This document shows, in pieces, positions 15,275 to 24,352 of a stretch of DNA of 42,068 nt (within the stretch, counting starts at the first letter, position 1; each line of letters starts with the position of its first letter). The position numbers and the translations under genes are program-made. The notes beneath the pieces were generated by a model. It was not told the DNA's origin. It searched no databases and was given only the letters and a program-made list of their open reading frames with translations. The stretch comes from a virus. Lineage: Duplodnaviria > Caudoviricetes. The DNA lies in the IMG/VR virus record IMGVR_UViG_3300024286_000002, positions 1 through 42,068 of that record. One strand, 5' to 3'.

Positions 15275-15501
15275 AACTACCCTTGGGAGTATTCGTAAAA
15301 CGCTACATTGAGCCAGACCTAAGTGAACAAGTAGAGCTAGAGCAAAAAGTGGGCTGGTTCGATGAAAGCATCGCAGCTCAGGTCCAAGTATCGCCAGTCT
15401 TTGGCGCTCAATGGCTCAGAGAGTACTGGCGCCTGTGGACTGGTCAAGATGTACCTTTGGAGGAAATTCGCCAGAGATTGCGGGAGTTGAAAAGCAGATG
15501 A
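15262..15501 (+). CDS. Hypothetical protein
   Basis: Coupled ORF. Confidence 0.6.
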   Translation: MDELELPLGVFVKRYIEPDLSEQVELEQKVGWFDESIAAQVQVSPVFGAQWLREYWRLWTGQDVPLEEIRQRLRELKSR

Positions 15502-15698
15502 TTTACGCTACTGACCCAGAATGGCTCTCTAAGTTAACTCAACCGCCAGAAGGTCGAGTTTGGATTATGAGCGAAGATGGGGTTTGTGCTGCTTACTGTG
15601 AGATTGGGACTTTGCGAGAGAATGGCGACTTTGTTCCTGTTCCAGATGATTTAGAAGAAATTCAAGCGAGATATTGCTTCGGGAAATATCCAGAATGA
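15498..15698 (+). CDS. Hypothetical protein
   Basis: ATGA coupling. Confidence 0.6.
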   Translation: MIYATDPEWLSKLTQPPEGRVWIMSEDGVCAAYCEIGTLRENGDFVPVPDDLEEIQARYCFGKYPE

Positions 15699-15834
15699 GA
15701 TTGCACGGGAAGAACTGGCTTGGCGGCTGAGCCAGCGGACGTGGAAATCATACCACCAGCAGAAATGCTGCTTACCTAAGCTCGAAAGGGCCCAGAAGCG
15801 CACCGTGCAAAATGAGCCAGCCGCACAATTCTAT

Positions 15835-15863
15835 TGCACCTCTACCGCAAAGCGTGTACAAAG
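15835..15863 (+). promoter_or_regulatory. Putative late promoter
   Basis: TTGCAC-N17-TACAAA; shares TTCTATTGCA with the promoter at about 21758. Confidence 0.45.
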
Positions 15864-15880
15864 TGCACCATGGAGTAGCT

Positions 15881-16078
15881 ATGCCAGCAAAAAGTAAAGC
15901 TCAGCAAGAGGCAATGGCCATCGCGGAGCATTCCCCAAGCAAGCTTTATGGCCGAAACAAGGGCTTGCTCAAGATGAGCCACCAGCAACTGCACGACTTT
16001 GCAGCGACAAAGCGCAAAGGATTGCCTACTAGGGTTAAGGCTCGCAAGATCGGCCTGAAAGCGCTGATGAGTCGATGA
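15881..16078 (+). CDS. DUF3008-like small basic protein
   Basis: MPAKSKAQQ.AM, MS..QL.DFA.TKRKGLP. Confidence 0.8.
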   Translation: MPAKSKAQQEAMAIAEHSPSKLYGRNKGLLKMSHQQLHDFAATKRKGLPTRVKARKIGLKALMSR

Positions 16079-16242
16079 TTAAGATCAAGCCATCCCATCG
16101 CGGCCTTTTGCACAAGAACCTAGGCGTCAAAAAGGGCAAGAAAATACCTCTTTCCAAGCTGATGAGCGCCAAACACAGCGATTCGCCGGCAGAGCGTAAA
16201 CGCGCAACCTTTGCAATAAATGCGAGGAGTTGGGGTAAATGA
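16075..16242 (+). CDS. Small Lys-rich protein (55 aa, not in ORF track)
   Basis: MIKIKPSHRGLLHKNLGVKKGKKIPLSKL...RKRATFAINARSWGK. Confidence 0.8.
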   Translation: MIKIKPSHRGLLHKNLGVKKGKKIPLSKLMSAKHSDSPAERKRATFAINARSWGK

Positions 16243-16255
16243 GGAGAATATACCT

Positions 16256-16696
16256 GTGAAACGGTTCCTAGCACTGTTTTTCGCAGTAACTTCAGCAGTT
16301 GCCAGCCCAGTTTACAATACTGTCAATCCTGTCCCGCTACCCACTGGCCAGAACGTTGTGGTTTGGCAAGCAGAAACTCCGACGCCTGGTAATGGAACTA
16401 CAGCCGCTTCGCAGCAAGTCTCGCTACTTTCTACTCCGAATCGCAATGGCAGTCCTTTCAGCGTAGACGGTAAATTTAGCGGGGCACCAGGAGCATTTGA
16501 GGTGGATGTACAGGTAGCAGGTACAGACACAGACACTAACTACCAGACCTGCTCCAACTGCAACATAACCACTGTAGATGCAACGAACAACACCTTTCAT
16601 TTAGATGCGGTACTAGTCAATGCTCGCTATGCTCGATTGTTGATGCGGAGCCGCACTAATAGCGTTTCAATTACAGCCTCATTCACTGGTGGATGA
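16256..16696 (+). CDS. Signal-peptide-bearing beta-sandwich protein (putative virion accessory)
   Basis: GAGGAG RBS with GTG; MKRFLALFFAVTSAVA|. Confidence 0.8.
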   Translation: MKRFLALFFAVTSAVASPVYNTVNPVPLPTGQNVVVWQAETPTPGNGTTAASQQVSLLSTPNRNGSPFSVDGKFSGAPGAFEVDVQVAGTDTDTNYQTCSNCNITTVDATNNTFHLDAVLVNARYARLLMRSRTNSVSITASFTGG

Positions 16697-18477
16697 TGAA
16701 AAAAGCGATTCCATTTTTGCTAGTCATTCTGTTCGGAGCTGTCTGTGTCTTTGGGCAAACTCCGAGTGGTGCTTATTCTAGTCCTGCGAATGGCAGCACG
16801 AGCGGTACGATCACTGGGCAAGTCGCTGGAGTCGTCAATCCTACGCTCTCGCCTTACAATGCACCGGTTACGCAATCCTGTGCGAATCTAAGCGTAATCC
16901 TGACAAACGGATCAAACACCGTTGGATGTTCGACGGCCACATTCACTTCAGCCGATGTTGGCAAAGTTATCTTTGCTTCTTGCTGTGGAGGCCTTGGAGG
17001 GCAGAACAAATCCAGCTCCACGCTAAAACTTACGCAAGGTGTAATCAATAGTATCGTAGACTCCACACACGTCACAGTCTGCACGACTACTGGGGCATGC
17101 ACTCCGGTAAACGCTACGGCAAGCTCGGCCAGCGGTACGTTGTTGTATTGGGGATTCAAAGCTGATACGGCTGTCGCTACCGCTCTTACCGATACCTATG
17201 CTGGACCTGGACCATGCAAAGAATTTTTCTGGTCAGGAATTCTGATGGTTAGTAGCGCGAAGGGAAACGGTCCAGCAGCTTGCATTCTGCCGATTGGAGC
17301 CACAAACGACACTAATCTTTCTATCGCAGGTACTGGGCGTGCTAACAGTCTCCTATTGATGTCTCCCGATTTCGATTACTCCGGTTGTACAGGGGGAGTG
17401 AATAGCAATACCTGCTTTTTTGGACTGCAAGGCATTGAGCGGAAATACTTCGGTATCAATGGTGGAGGATTTAGCAACACTGGCAGCCATGCCGTTGTCA
17501 TCTTGGATTCGATGATCGACGACTTTGATTTTGATATAGGTCTGAGTGACATTGGGGCGCAAGACGCTCTAATGATTTGCTACCAGATGGATGGTAGTGG
17601 CGCATATCCTAATTTTGTCGAGATAGACGGTTGTGGTTCAGCTCCCATTGTTATCAGCACTGGCACGGCAAATACGCTCATTAATGGGTATGCCGCTGAT
17701 GTGAAAGGTCCGAACGTATCAGGTAATGAAGGCGGGGCAATGCGAGTCAAGAGCGGTGCTACCGTCAATACCTATGGAATGTATTTCGGGCCTTGCAATA
17801 CGGCTGGTTCACTTCATTGCGTCAACGTAAATGCCGGCGGAACGTGGTATTCCAATGGGGATATTTGTATCACCGGAGCCGTTACTAATTGTGTTTCTGT
17901 GAGCGGCATAGCTCACCTAAATAATTTCACCAATCCAACTGATTTCGGGTTAACTGCTGATCGCGCCATCTTTACGAATAATGCCGCCGCCAGAGTCTAC
18001 ATAACTAATAGTTCCCTATTCGGCACTGTCGCGCCGTTAGCCAACTTAGTACCAGGGACTATATTCTTAGACAGTGTGACAACGGTTGCCGGCGGTGGCA
18101 CCAATACGGGCATCACTCCTACCTGTACATTCACTTCCGGCGGTGGAACTAGCCCCTCATGCACGGTACAAGCTGGCAGTCTAAATGAGCGTGGCACAAT
18201 CATTGCATCAACCGGCACCGGCTCTCCGGGTACGACCGGCACGATTACACTCACCTTTGCTGGCACCTTTGCAGCTCCCAGCGGTATTGGTCCGCTTTGC
18301 GTTGTTACTGTAAATAACAGCGGCACCGCATGGGGAAATATGGCAATCGTGCAGAACAGTACACAAAGTACAACGGCTCCATTAATCGCATGGGCCAATT
18401 CCGTAGGAGGAACATTGACTGCACTCACTGTTTCTTCTCCATACCGCATTGATTATTCTTGCGTGATAAGACCTTGA
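16693..18477 (+). CDS. Signal-peptide-bearing Cys-rich beta-helix/spike-like protein
   Basis: MMKKAIPFLLVILFGAVCVFG|Q; Gly/Thr/Asn-rich beta repeats; GTITLTF C-terminal domain. Confidence 0.75.
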   Translation: MMKKAIPFLLVILFGAVCVFGQTPSGAYSSPANGSTSGTITGQVAGVVNPTLSPYNAPVTQSCANLSVILTNGSNTVGCSTATFTSADVGKVIFASCCGGLGGQNKSSSTLKLTQGVINSIVDSTHVTVCTTTGACTPVNATASSASGTLLYWGFKADTAVATALTDTYAGPGPCKEFFWSGILMVSSAKGNGPAACILPIGATNDTNLSIAGTGRANSLLLMSPDFDYSGCTGGVNSNTCFFGLQGIERKYFGINGGGFSNTGSHAVVILDSMIDDFDFDIGLSDIGAQDALMICYQMDGSGAYPNFVEIDGCGSAPIVISTGTANTLINGYAADVKGPNVSGNEGGAMRVKSGATVNTYGMYFGPCNTAGSLHCVNVNAGGTWYSNGDICITGAVTNCVSVSGIAHLNNFTNPTDFGLTADRAIFTNNAAARVYITNSSLFGTVAPLANLVPGTIFLDSVTTVAGGGTNTGITPTCTFTSGGGTSPSCTVQAGSLNERGTIIASTGTGSPGTTGTITLTFAGTFAAPSGIGPLCVVTVNNSGTAWGNMAIVQNSTQSTTAPLIAWANSVGGTLTALTVSSPYRIDYSCVIRP

Positions 18478-18752
18478 TTCTACCGCGCAATGATCGTGTG
18501 CTAGTGGAACGAATCCCAGAGCCACAGGTAGGCTTAATCCTCGCTCCTGACATAGCCAAAGAGAAGAGCTTGTCAGGCAAGATTCTGGCGATTGGGCCGA
18601 AAGTGGATATGGTAGAGCCTGGAATGATCGTGCTTTTCAACAGCAAATGGAACGACTTTGCCAATGATTACTATGACGATTTGCCAGTTGGCGCCGACAA
18701 GAACCTGCATTTGATACAGGAAGCCGACATCTTTGGGATAGTGAATGTCTAA
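18459..18752 (+). CDS. groES: Co-chaperonin GroES/Cpn10 (probable start TTG 18474)
   Basis: P..DRVLV, AKEK...G.ILAIGP, V..G..VLF, LI.E.DI.GIV. Confidence 0.88.
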   Translation: MRDKTLILPRNDRVLVERIPEPQVGLILAPDIAKEKSLSGKILAIGPKVDMVEPGMIVLFNSKWNDFANDYYDDLPVGADKNLHLIQEADIFGIVNV

Positions 18753-20856
18753 AACCATCGAACTGGCGCTAGAGCGGTTCAAGCTGGTGCACGATGCTGA
18801 ATCCGATACGCGCAGCCAATCGCTCGATGACCTGAAATTCAGCACAGGCGAACAATGGCCGCTGACCATCCAGAATCAGCGCATGATTGATGGCCGGCCA
18901 TGCCTAACCATGGACCAAATGCAGCAATCCATCAGGATTGTATGCAATGAGTACCGCCAATCCCGCCCTAGTCTAAATGTCAATCCTGTAGGCGATGATT
19001 CGGACGTAGATACAGCGGAAATTCTGCAAGGCATCATTCGGCATATCGAAGTGCAAAGCGATGCCGAGCAAGCCTATGACTGGGCCCATGAATGTGTCGT
19101 AAGGACTGGTTTTGGCTCATGGCGAATCTTGAGCGATTATGCCGACGATGAAGGCAACCAGGAAATCTACATTGAGAAGATTCCCAATCAATTCAGCGTC
19201 TATTGGCAGCCAGGAGTCACACAGGACAAGGCCAAATGGGGATTCATTACAATGGATGTGCCGCTTACGACTTATAAGGATGAAAACCCAGAGACTTACG
19301 GCGATTTCAGCGACTTATGCGCCACTGGCGATGTACCTGCCGGATGGATGAATTCAGAGTATGTGCGCGTGGCTGAGTATTTCGAGGTCATTGAGGAAAA
19401 AGCCAAAGGAAACAAACGGCCTAAGAAGCGTGTAGTTTGGCGCAAAATCAACTGCTTTCAGGTGCTCGACGGTGGCGAAGCGGGCCAGGAGCTTCCAGGG
19501 ACTTCTATCCCTATCTTCACAGCTACTGGCGATGACATTGAAGTGAATGGCAAGCGATATTTAGCAGGACTAGTACGCAACGGCAAAGATGCTCAAAGAC
19601 AGTACAACTACATGATCTCAGCGGCTACGGAAGCCTGTGCATTGGCTCCAAAAGCACCTTGGGTTGTCGTGGAAGGGCAAACGGAACAATACAAAACAGA
19701 GTGGGAAACATCGAATACGAAAAATTATGCAGTGCTCCACTATAAGCAGATTGATGTAGCGGGTAAGCCGGCGCCACCACCACAACGCAATGCTGTAGAA
19801 CCTCCCATTGCTGGTTTTGCACAGCTTATTGGTCAAGCTAGTCTCGATTTGAAGGCTTCCTTGGGCATTTACGACCCATCGCTAGGCCAGCGCAAGGGCG
19901 ATGAGTCTGGCAAGGCTATTGAAAAGCTCCAGCAGCAAGGTTCACTTGCCACTCTGAACTATTCCGACAATGTGGCGCGTACCATGAGGCGATTCGGCAA
20001 GGTATTACTTGAGTGGATTCCTAAGATTTACGACACACCGCGAGTCATGCGGATTATTAAGCCGGATGCCAGTGTCCAGCAGGTAGTGATTCATAATGGG
20101 AAAGATCAGGCCGATGCCGCGCAGGAATTGACCACCGATGCAATCAAGAAAATTTATGACATTGGGCTAGGCAGCTATGATGTGACAGTGAATGTCGGGC
20201 CTAGTTACCAGACCAAGCGCCAGGAATCGGTAGCCACGCAGCTAGAACTGATGAAAGTCATGCCGCCGCAAATGGCAGCGAATACGCTCGATATTGTAGT
20301 GTCCAACATGGACATTCCACAGGCAAAAGAGTTTGCCGAGCGCATCAAAAAGATGATTCCACCGCAGATTCTAGGCGGTGACGAAGGCGATCCTCAGGTA
20401 CAGCTCCAGAATGTCAAAGGCCAGCTTCAACAAGCCATGCAGCAGCATGATTTGCTGGTAAAAGCCCTCCAGGATGCCCAGAAAGCCATTGAAACCAAAC
20501 AAGTTGAGCAGCAAGGCAAAGTGGCTATCGCTCAGATGCAGGAGCAGTCAAAACAAGCCATTGTCAAGATGCAAGAGGCTACCAAACTGGCCGTGGCTCA
20601 AATTAACGCTTCCAAGGACTTGCAGCAGACCTTCGCAGAGTCGGAAATAGCGCAATATGACTTGCTGCACAGCGATGCTCACGAACTAGCGATGCAAGGC
20701 GAGCAGCAAGCCCATGAAAAGCAGATGGCAGCACAGCAAGCAGCGCAAGCGCAGCAGAGCCAGCAAGCCGATCAATCGCACGATTTGAACATGGCAGCGG
20801 TGAATCAGGACCATGAGCAGCAAATGGCACAACAAGGAGCAACGAATGGACAATGA
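18745..20856 (+). CDS. P22-like portal protein
   Basis: F..GEQW, GRPCLT, GLVR..KDAQR.YN, SGKAI, YDV.V..GPSY.TKRQE; Gln-rich helical tail. Confidence 0.93.
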   Translation: MSKTIELALERFKLVHDAESDTRSQSLDDLKFSTGEQWPLTIQNQRMIDGRPCLTMDQMQQSIRIVCNEYRQSRPSLNVNPVGDDSDVDTAEILQGIIRHIEVQSDAEQAYDWAHECVVRTGFGSWRILSDYADDEGNQEIYIEKIPNQFSVYWQPGVTQDKAKWGFITMDVPLTTYKDENPETYGDFSDLCATGDVPAGWMNSEYVRVAEYFEVIEEKAKGNKRPKKRVVWRKINCFQVLDGGEAGQELPGTSIPIFTATGDDIEVNGKRYLAGLVRNGKDAQRQYNYMISAATEACALAPKAPWVVVEGQTEQYKTEWETSNTKNYAVLHYKQIDVAGKPAPPPQRNAVEPPIAGFAQLIGQASLDLKASLGIYDPSLGQRKGDESGKAIEKLQQQGSLATLNYSDNVARTMRRFGKVLLEWIPKIYDTPRVMRIIKPDASVQQVVIHNGKDQADAAQELTTDAIKKIYDIGLGSYDVTVNVGPSYQTKRQESVATQLELMKVMPPQMAANTLDIVVSNMDIPQAKEFAERIKKMIPPQILGGDEGDPQVQLQNVKGQLQQAMQQHDLLVKALQDAQKAIETKQVEQQGKVAIAQMQEQSKQAIVKMQEATKLAVAQINASKDLQQTFAESEIAQYDLLHSDAHELAMQGEQQAHEKQMAAQQAAQAQQSQQADQSHDLNMAAVNQDHEQQMAQQGATNGQ

Positions 20857-21754
20857 AGTAGTGACGCAGACAGTACCGCTCGACGGTGAAATCACTCAAG
20901 CCGAATACAAAAAGGCTCGTTTGGAAGGTAAAACCATCGTGGAGCAACCAGTTGAAAAGCCTGTCGAGAAAGAGCCGGAGGAAGTTGAACAGCCTGAAGA
21001 AGAAACAGCCGAGTCTGAGCCTAAGCCAAAAGCTAAGGGCGGTGGTTTTCAAAAGCGCATCGAGAAGCTGACAAAGGACAAATCAAAGGCCGAAGAACGG
21101 GCAGCGGAACTAGAGCGCCGAGTGCAGGAGCTTGAAGCAGCTAGGACGGAGCCGAAGAAAGAAGCTCCGAAGTCAACCACCGATGAGCCGCAAGAGGCCG
21201 ATTACACCGACTTTACGAAGTACCTGAAAGACCATACCAGATGGGAAGTGCGGCAAGAACTGAAGGAACAAGCCGAAGCTGCTGAGCGCGAATCGCTGGA
21301 AGAACAGGCAAAAGAGACTTGGGAAGATCATCAAAGCCGAATGGAAGCCGCAAAAGAGAAATATGAGGACTTCGACGAAGTGGTGGACGTTCCTACGCCT
21401 TGGACAATGACCAATCCATCGCCTATTGAACGTGCAGCGGCTGAAGCCTTCCGCATTGCAGTGATTGAGGACGATAACGGGCCAGAGATTCTCTATTACT
21501 TGGGCCAGAATGCGGAAGAATTCGCCAAGCTAGGCGAAATGACGCCAGCGCGGGTAGTCAAGGAAGTAGCAAGGCTCTCAGACAAGCTCGCACCAAAGGC
21601 AGAAAAGGAACATGCCAAGCCGAAACTTGTAAGCAAAGCTCCAGCACCGATCAAACCGGTAAGCGGTGGCGCAACAAAGAATAGCGTACCGCTCGATGAA
21701 GTCGAAGATATGCAGGAATACAAGAAACGTCGCGCAGCCGGCGAGCGAAGCTAA
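20846..21754 (+). CDS. Scaffolding protein
   Basis: Acidic coiled coil; FQKRIEKLT; GPEILYYLG.N; APAPIKPV; position between portal and coat. Confidence 0.85.
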   Translation: MDNEVVTQTVPLDGEITQAEYKKARLEGKTIVEQPVEKPVEKEPEEVEQPEEETAESEPKPKAKGGGFQKRIEKLTKDKSKAEERAAELERRVQELEAARTEPKKEAPKSTTDEPQEADYTDFTKYLKDHTRWEVRQELKEQAEAAERESLEEQAKETWEDHQSRMEAAKEKYEDFDEVVDVPTPWTMTNPSPIERAAAEAFRIAVIEDDNGPEILYYLGQNAEEFAKLGEMTPARVVKEVARLSDKLAPKAEKEHAKPKLVSKAPAPIKPVSGGATKNSVPLDEVEDMQEYKKRRAAGERS

Positions 21755-21762
21755 GATTTCTA

Positions 21763-21791
21763 TTGCATTACAGTTTTTAGCGTAGTATAGG
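21763..21791 (+). promoter_or_regulatory. Promoter for a leaderless GIY-YIG gene
   Basis: TTGCAT-N17-TATAGG-N6-ATG. Confidence 0.6.
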
Positions 21792-21797
21792 ACTACC

Positions 21798-22262
21798 ATG
21801 GCTGGTCATGTTTATCTAATTGGTTCACGCCAATTCAAATGGTACAAAATTGGCAAATCCTCCAATGCCACCATTCGTATTTCTGATCTTGGGATACTCC
21901 TACCTTTCAAAATAGAGATTTTGGCGGTCTGGAAATCTGAAAATTATCACCAATTAGAACGGGATTTGCATAAGAAATATGAGGAACACCATATAAATGG
22001 TGAGTGGTTCGCTTTCAGCAATGAGCAAATAAACAACATTCTCTACGAAATGGCTCACCTGAGTTCTGGGATCGCTATCCCTAAGTTTTCCAACATTTCA
22101 CAGAATACGCAAATGAGTTTGCATCGTAAACTTAGCCCAAAATACCAAAAGCGGATAGATAAGTTGGTTCTTCGCAACGCACAGTTGGAAGAAATAATCC
22201 GCAGGTATGGCTACGATAGGATTGCCGCCGATGAGGGCGGAAAAGAGATTCCTGTAGTCTAA
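21798..22262 (+). CDS. T5orf172/GIY-YIG family nuclease
   Basis: GHVYLI, YKIGKS, RI..L, LE..LH......GEWF. Confidence 0.85.
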   Translation: MAGHVYLIGSRQFKWYKIGKSSNATIRISDLGILLPFKIEILAVWKSENYHQLERDLHKKYEEHHINGEWFAFSNEQINNILYEMAHLSSGIAIPKFSNISQNTQMSLHRKLSPKYQKRIDKLVLRNAQLEEIIRRYGYDRIAADEGGKEIPVV

Positions 22263-22415
22263 GGAAACCCGTCAGGCCCAAGCCTGGAAATAATTTACCG
22301 TAGCGGTACGGTAAGCCATCCGGTAGGGCGCCATAAGCGCTCTGAAACCTTCTGCCGCAATACGGAAACGGCAAGCAAATAAACGTCGTTTCCAAATTTA
22401 CGATAGGAGGACAGC
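22263..22415 (+). ncRNA. Structured leader of the coat gene
   Basis: Four or five consecutive hairpins before AGGAGG-N5-TTG. Confidence 0.55.
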
Positions 22416-23636
22416 TTGGCTAATACACTTCTTACCATCGGCATGATTACCCGCGAAGGGCTGATGGTCCTAGAAAACAATTTAGGATTCACGCGGGGCG
22501 TTGACAGGCAATACGACGATCAATTCGCCAAATCCGGTGCCAAAATTGGTTCCGTACTGAATATCCGCAAGCCTGTACGCTTCACCAACACTCAAGGGCA
22601 AGGGCTCCAGTTGCAGGATTTGACTGAAACCAGCGTTCCTTTGGTGCTCACCACGCAGTATCAGCGTTCCTTTGCAGTGACTTCATCGAATTTGGCTCTG
22701 GACATTGATGATTTCTCGAAGCGTTTCATCACTCCAGCAATCGCCAGCATGGCAAACCAGATTGACTTTGACGGCATGCAACAGTTCTTGAATGTCAACA
22801 ATGAAGTTGGCACTCCTGGTTCTGTTCCGAATACTTCAAACGTCTATCTAGCGGCTGGCCAGAAGCTTGATGAAAACGCTGCACCGATCAAGATTCGGGA
22901 TTTGGTCATCAATCCACGTATGCAAGCAACGATTGTGCCGGCGCTTCAGGGCTTGTTCAATCCACAGGTAGCCATTTCCAGCCAGTATCGCAAGGGCCGG
23001 ATGTCGAAGGACACCTTGGGATTTGACTGGTACATGGACCAGAACTGCCCGACATTCACTACAGGGCCACAGGGCGGGGCGCCAGCAGTCAATGGCTTGC
23101 TCCAGACTGGCTCAAGCATTATCACAAACGGCTGGACGGCTGCGGCTGCTTTGAGACTTCGTAAGGGCGACATCATCACTTTCTCTAACTCGTTTGCGGT
23201 CAATCCACAGAGCAGAGCTTCCACTGGCTCTTTGGCACAATGGGTAGTGACTGCCGATGTTTCCTCAGACGGCGCCGGCAACGCAACAATTCCCATCTCT
23301 GGACCGGACTTCAATGGCGTGATTACTACTGGTCCATTCCAGAACGTGACGGCTGCTCCGACCACTGGCGACACAATCGCGGTGCAAGGTACAGCGAGCG
23401 TTACTTCTGGCCGTGGCATCGCTTTTGATGGCGAGGCTTTCACTTTTGCCTGTGCTGACCTGCCGCTTTATGGCGGGTTGGATATGGGTGATCGGAAGAA
23501 AGACGACCAGCTCAACATGAGCATGCGCTGCATTCGGATGTATGACATCAATATGGACAGAGCACCGCTCCGTCTTGACCTTCTCGGCGGCTGGGCAACG
23601 CTGTATCCCCAGATGGCCGTGCGGATTGCGAGCTAA
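22416..23636 (+). CDS. Major capsid protein (P22 coat family)
   Basis: MANTLLT..MITRE.L.VLEN.L, GAKIG..LNIRKP, RLD.L.GW...YP..A.RI; TTG start. Confidence 0.93.
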   Translation: MANTLLTIGMITREGLMVLENNLGFTRGVDRQYDDQFAKSGAKIGSVLNIRKPVRFTNTQGQGLQLQDLTETSVPLVLTTQYQRSFAVTSSNLALDIDDFSKRFITPAIASMANQIDFDGMQQFLNVNNEVGTPGSVPNTSNVYLAAGQKLDENAAPIKIRDLVINPRMQATIVPALQGLFNPQVAISSQYRKGRMSKDTLGFDWYMDQNCPTFTTGPQGGAPAVNGLLQTGSSIITNGWTAAAALRLRKGDIITFSNSFAVNPQSRASTGSLAQWVVTADVSSDGAGNATIPISGPDFNGVITTGPFQNVTAAPTTGDTIAVQGTASVTSGRGIAFDGEAFTFACADLPLYGGLDMGDRKKDDQLNMSMRCIRMYDINMDRAPLRLDLLGGWATLYPQMAVRIAS

Positions 23637-23650
23637 GGAGACTATAGAAA

Positions 23651-24307
23651 ATGGCTATTACAGCAACTACTCTTTCAGCAGCAGTCACGGCAAACGATCT
23701 AACGGTTAAGCTGACAGCCGTCACTGGAGTCACTGCACCAAACTTCCAGACTGGCACTGGCATTACTTACCTGCAGATCGACCAGGAGCTGTTCCTTGTC
23801 ACCGGCGTCAATACCACGACTTTGGTGGTAAACGTAGTGCGCGGGGTTCAGTCCACTAACGCGGTAGCGCATACCAATGGCTCTTTGGTTCAAATTGGCT
23901 TGCCTACTGACTTCCCTTCCACCAATGAAACCATTGGCTCCCAGACAGCCACTACGCTGGTGTTTGCAAATGCCAATCAACCAGGCATCAACTTGACTGG
24001 CTCAGCCGATGCGATCAATCCCGCCGTACCTGGCTTCTACGTCATCAAGACGGCTGGCGTGGATGCGATGACCTTGGTAGCTCCTCCTGCTTCGGCAGAA
24101 GGCAACATCATTGAAATCGTGTCCGATACGGCGAACGCTCACACTTTGACGGCAACTTCACTGCTGGCTGGTGGAACGGCTCTCAAAACTACGGGCACCT
24201 TCCCAGCCTTCCGTGGGGCTTATCTCAAACTCAGAGCTTGCAACGGAGTTTGGGAAGTGCTCTCAGCGGGTAATGCGAATACTTCTTCCTTCGTTGTCTT
24301 GACTTAA
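23651..24307 (+). CDS. Capsid decoration/accessory protein, two-domain
   Basis: AAGGAG RBS; follows coat; C-terminal domain is paralogous to the next gene. Confidence 0.75.
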   Translation: MAITATTLSAAVTANDLTVKLTAVTGVTAPNFQTGTGITYLQIDQELFLVTGVNTTTLVVNVVRGVQSTNAVAHTNGSLVQIGLPTDFPSTNETIGSQTATTLVFANANQPGINLTGSADAINPAVPGFYVIKTAGVDAMTLVAPPASAEGNIIEIVSDTANAHTLTATSLLAGGTALKTTGTFPAFRGAYLKLRACNGVWEVLSAGNANTSSFVVLT

Positions 24308-24316
24308 TTCCTTCCC

Positions 24317-24340
24317 GTGGGCGGCGGGAAAACCGCCCAC
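24317..24340 (+). promoter_or_regulatory. Intergenic hairpin directly before an RBS
   Basis: GTGGGCGG/CCGCCCAC; no U-tract. Confidence 0.5.
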
Positions 24341-24352
24341 AAAGGAGTAGGA

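Noticed and set aside
20380-20856. Gln-rich repeats at the portal C-terminus as a novelty
   Set aside because: Consistent with the helical barrel and tail of P22-like portals
22946-23443. Long antisense ORFs (also 14005..14406, 17997..18449, 27215..27667)
   Set aside because: Shadow frames of well-supported genes, without RBS or motifs
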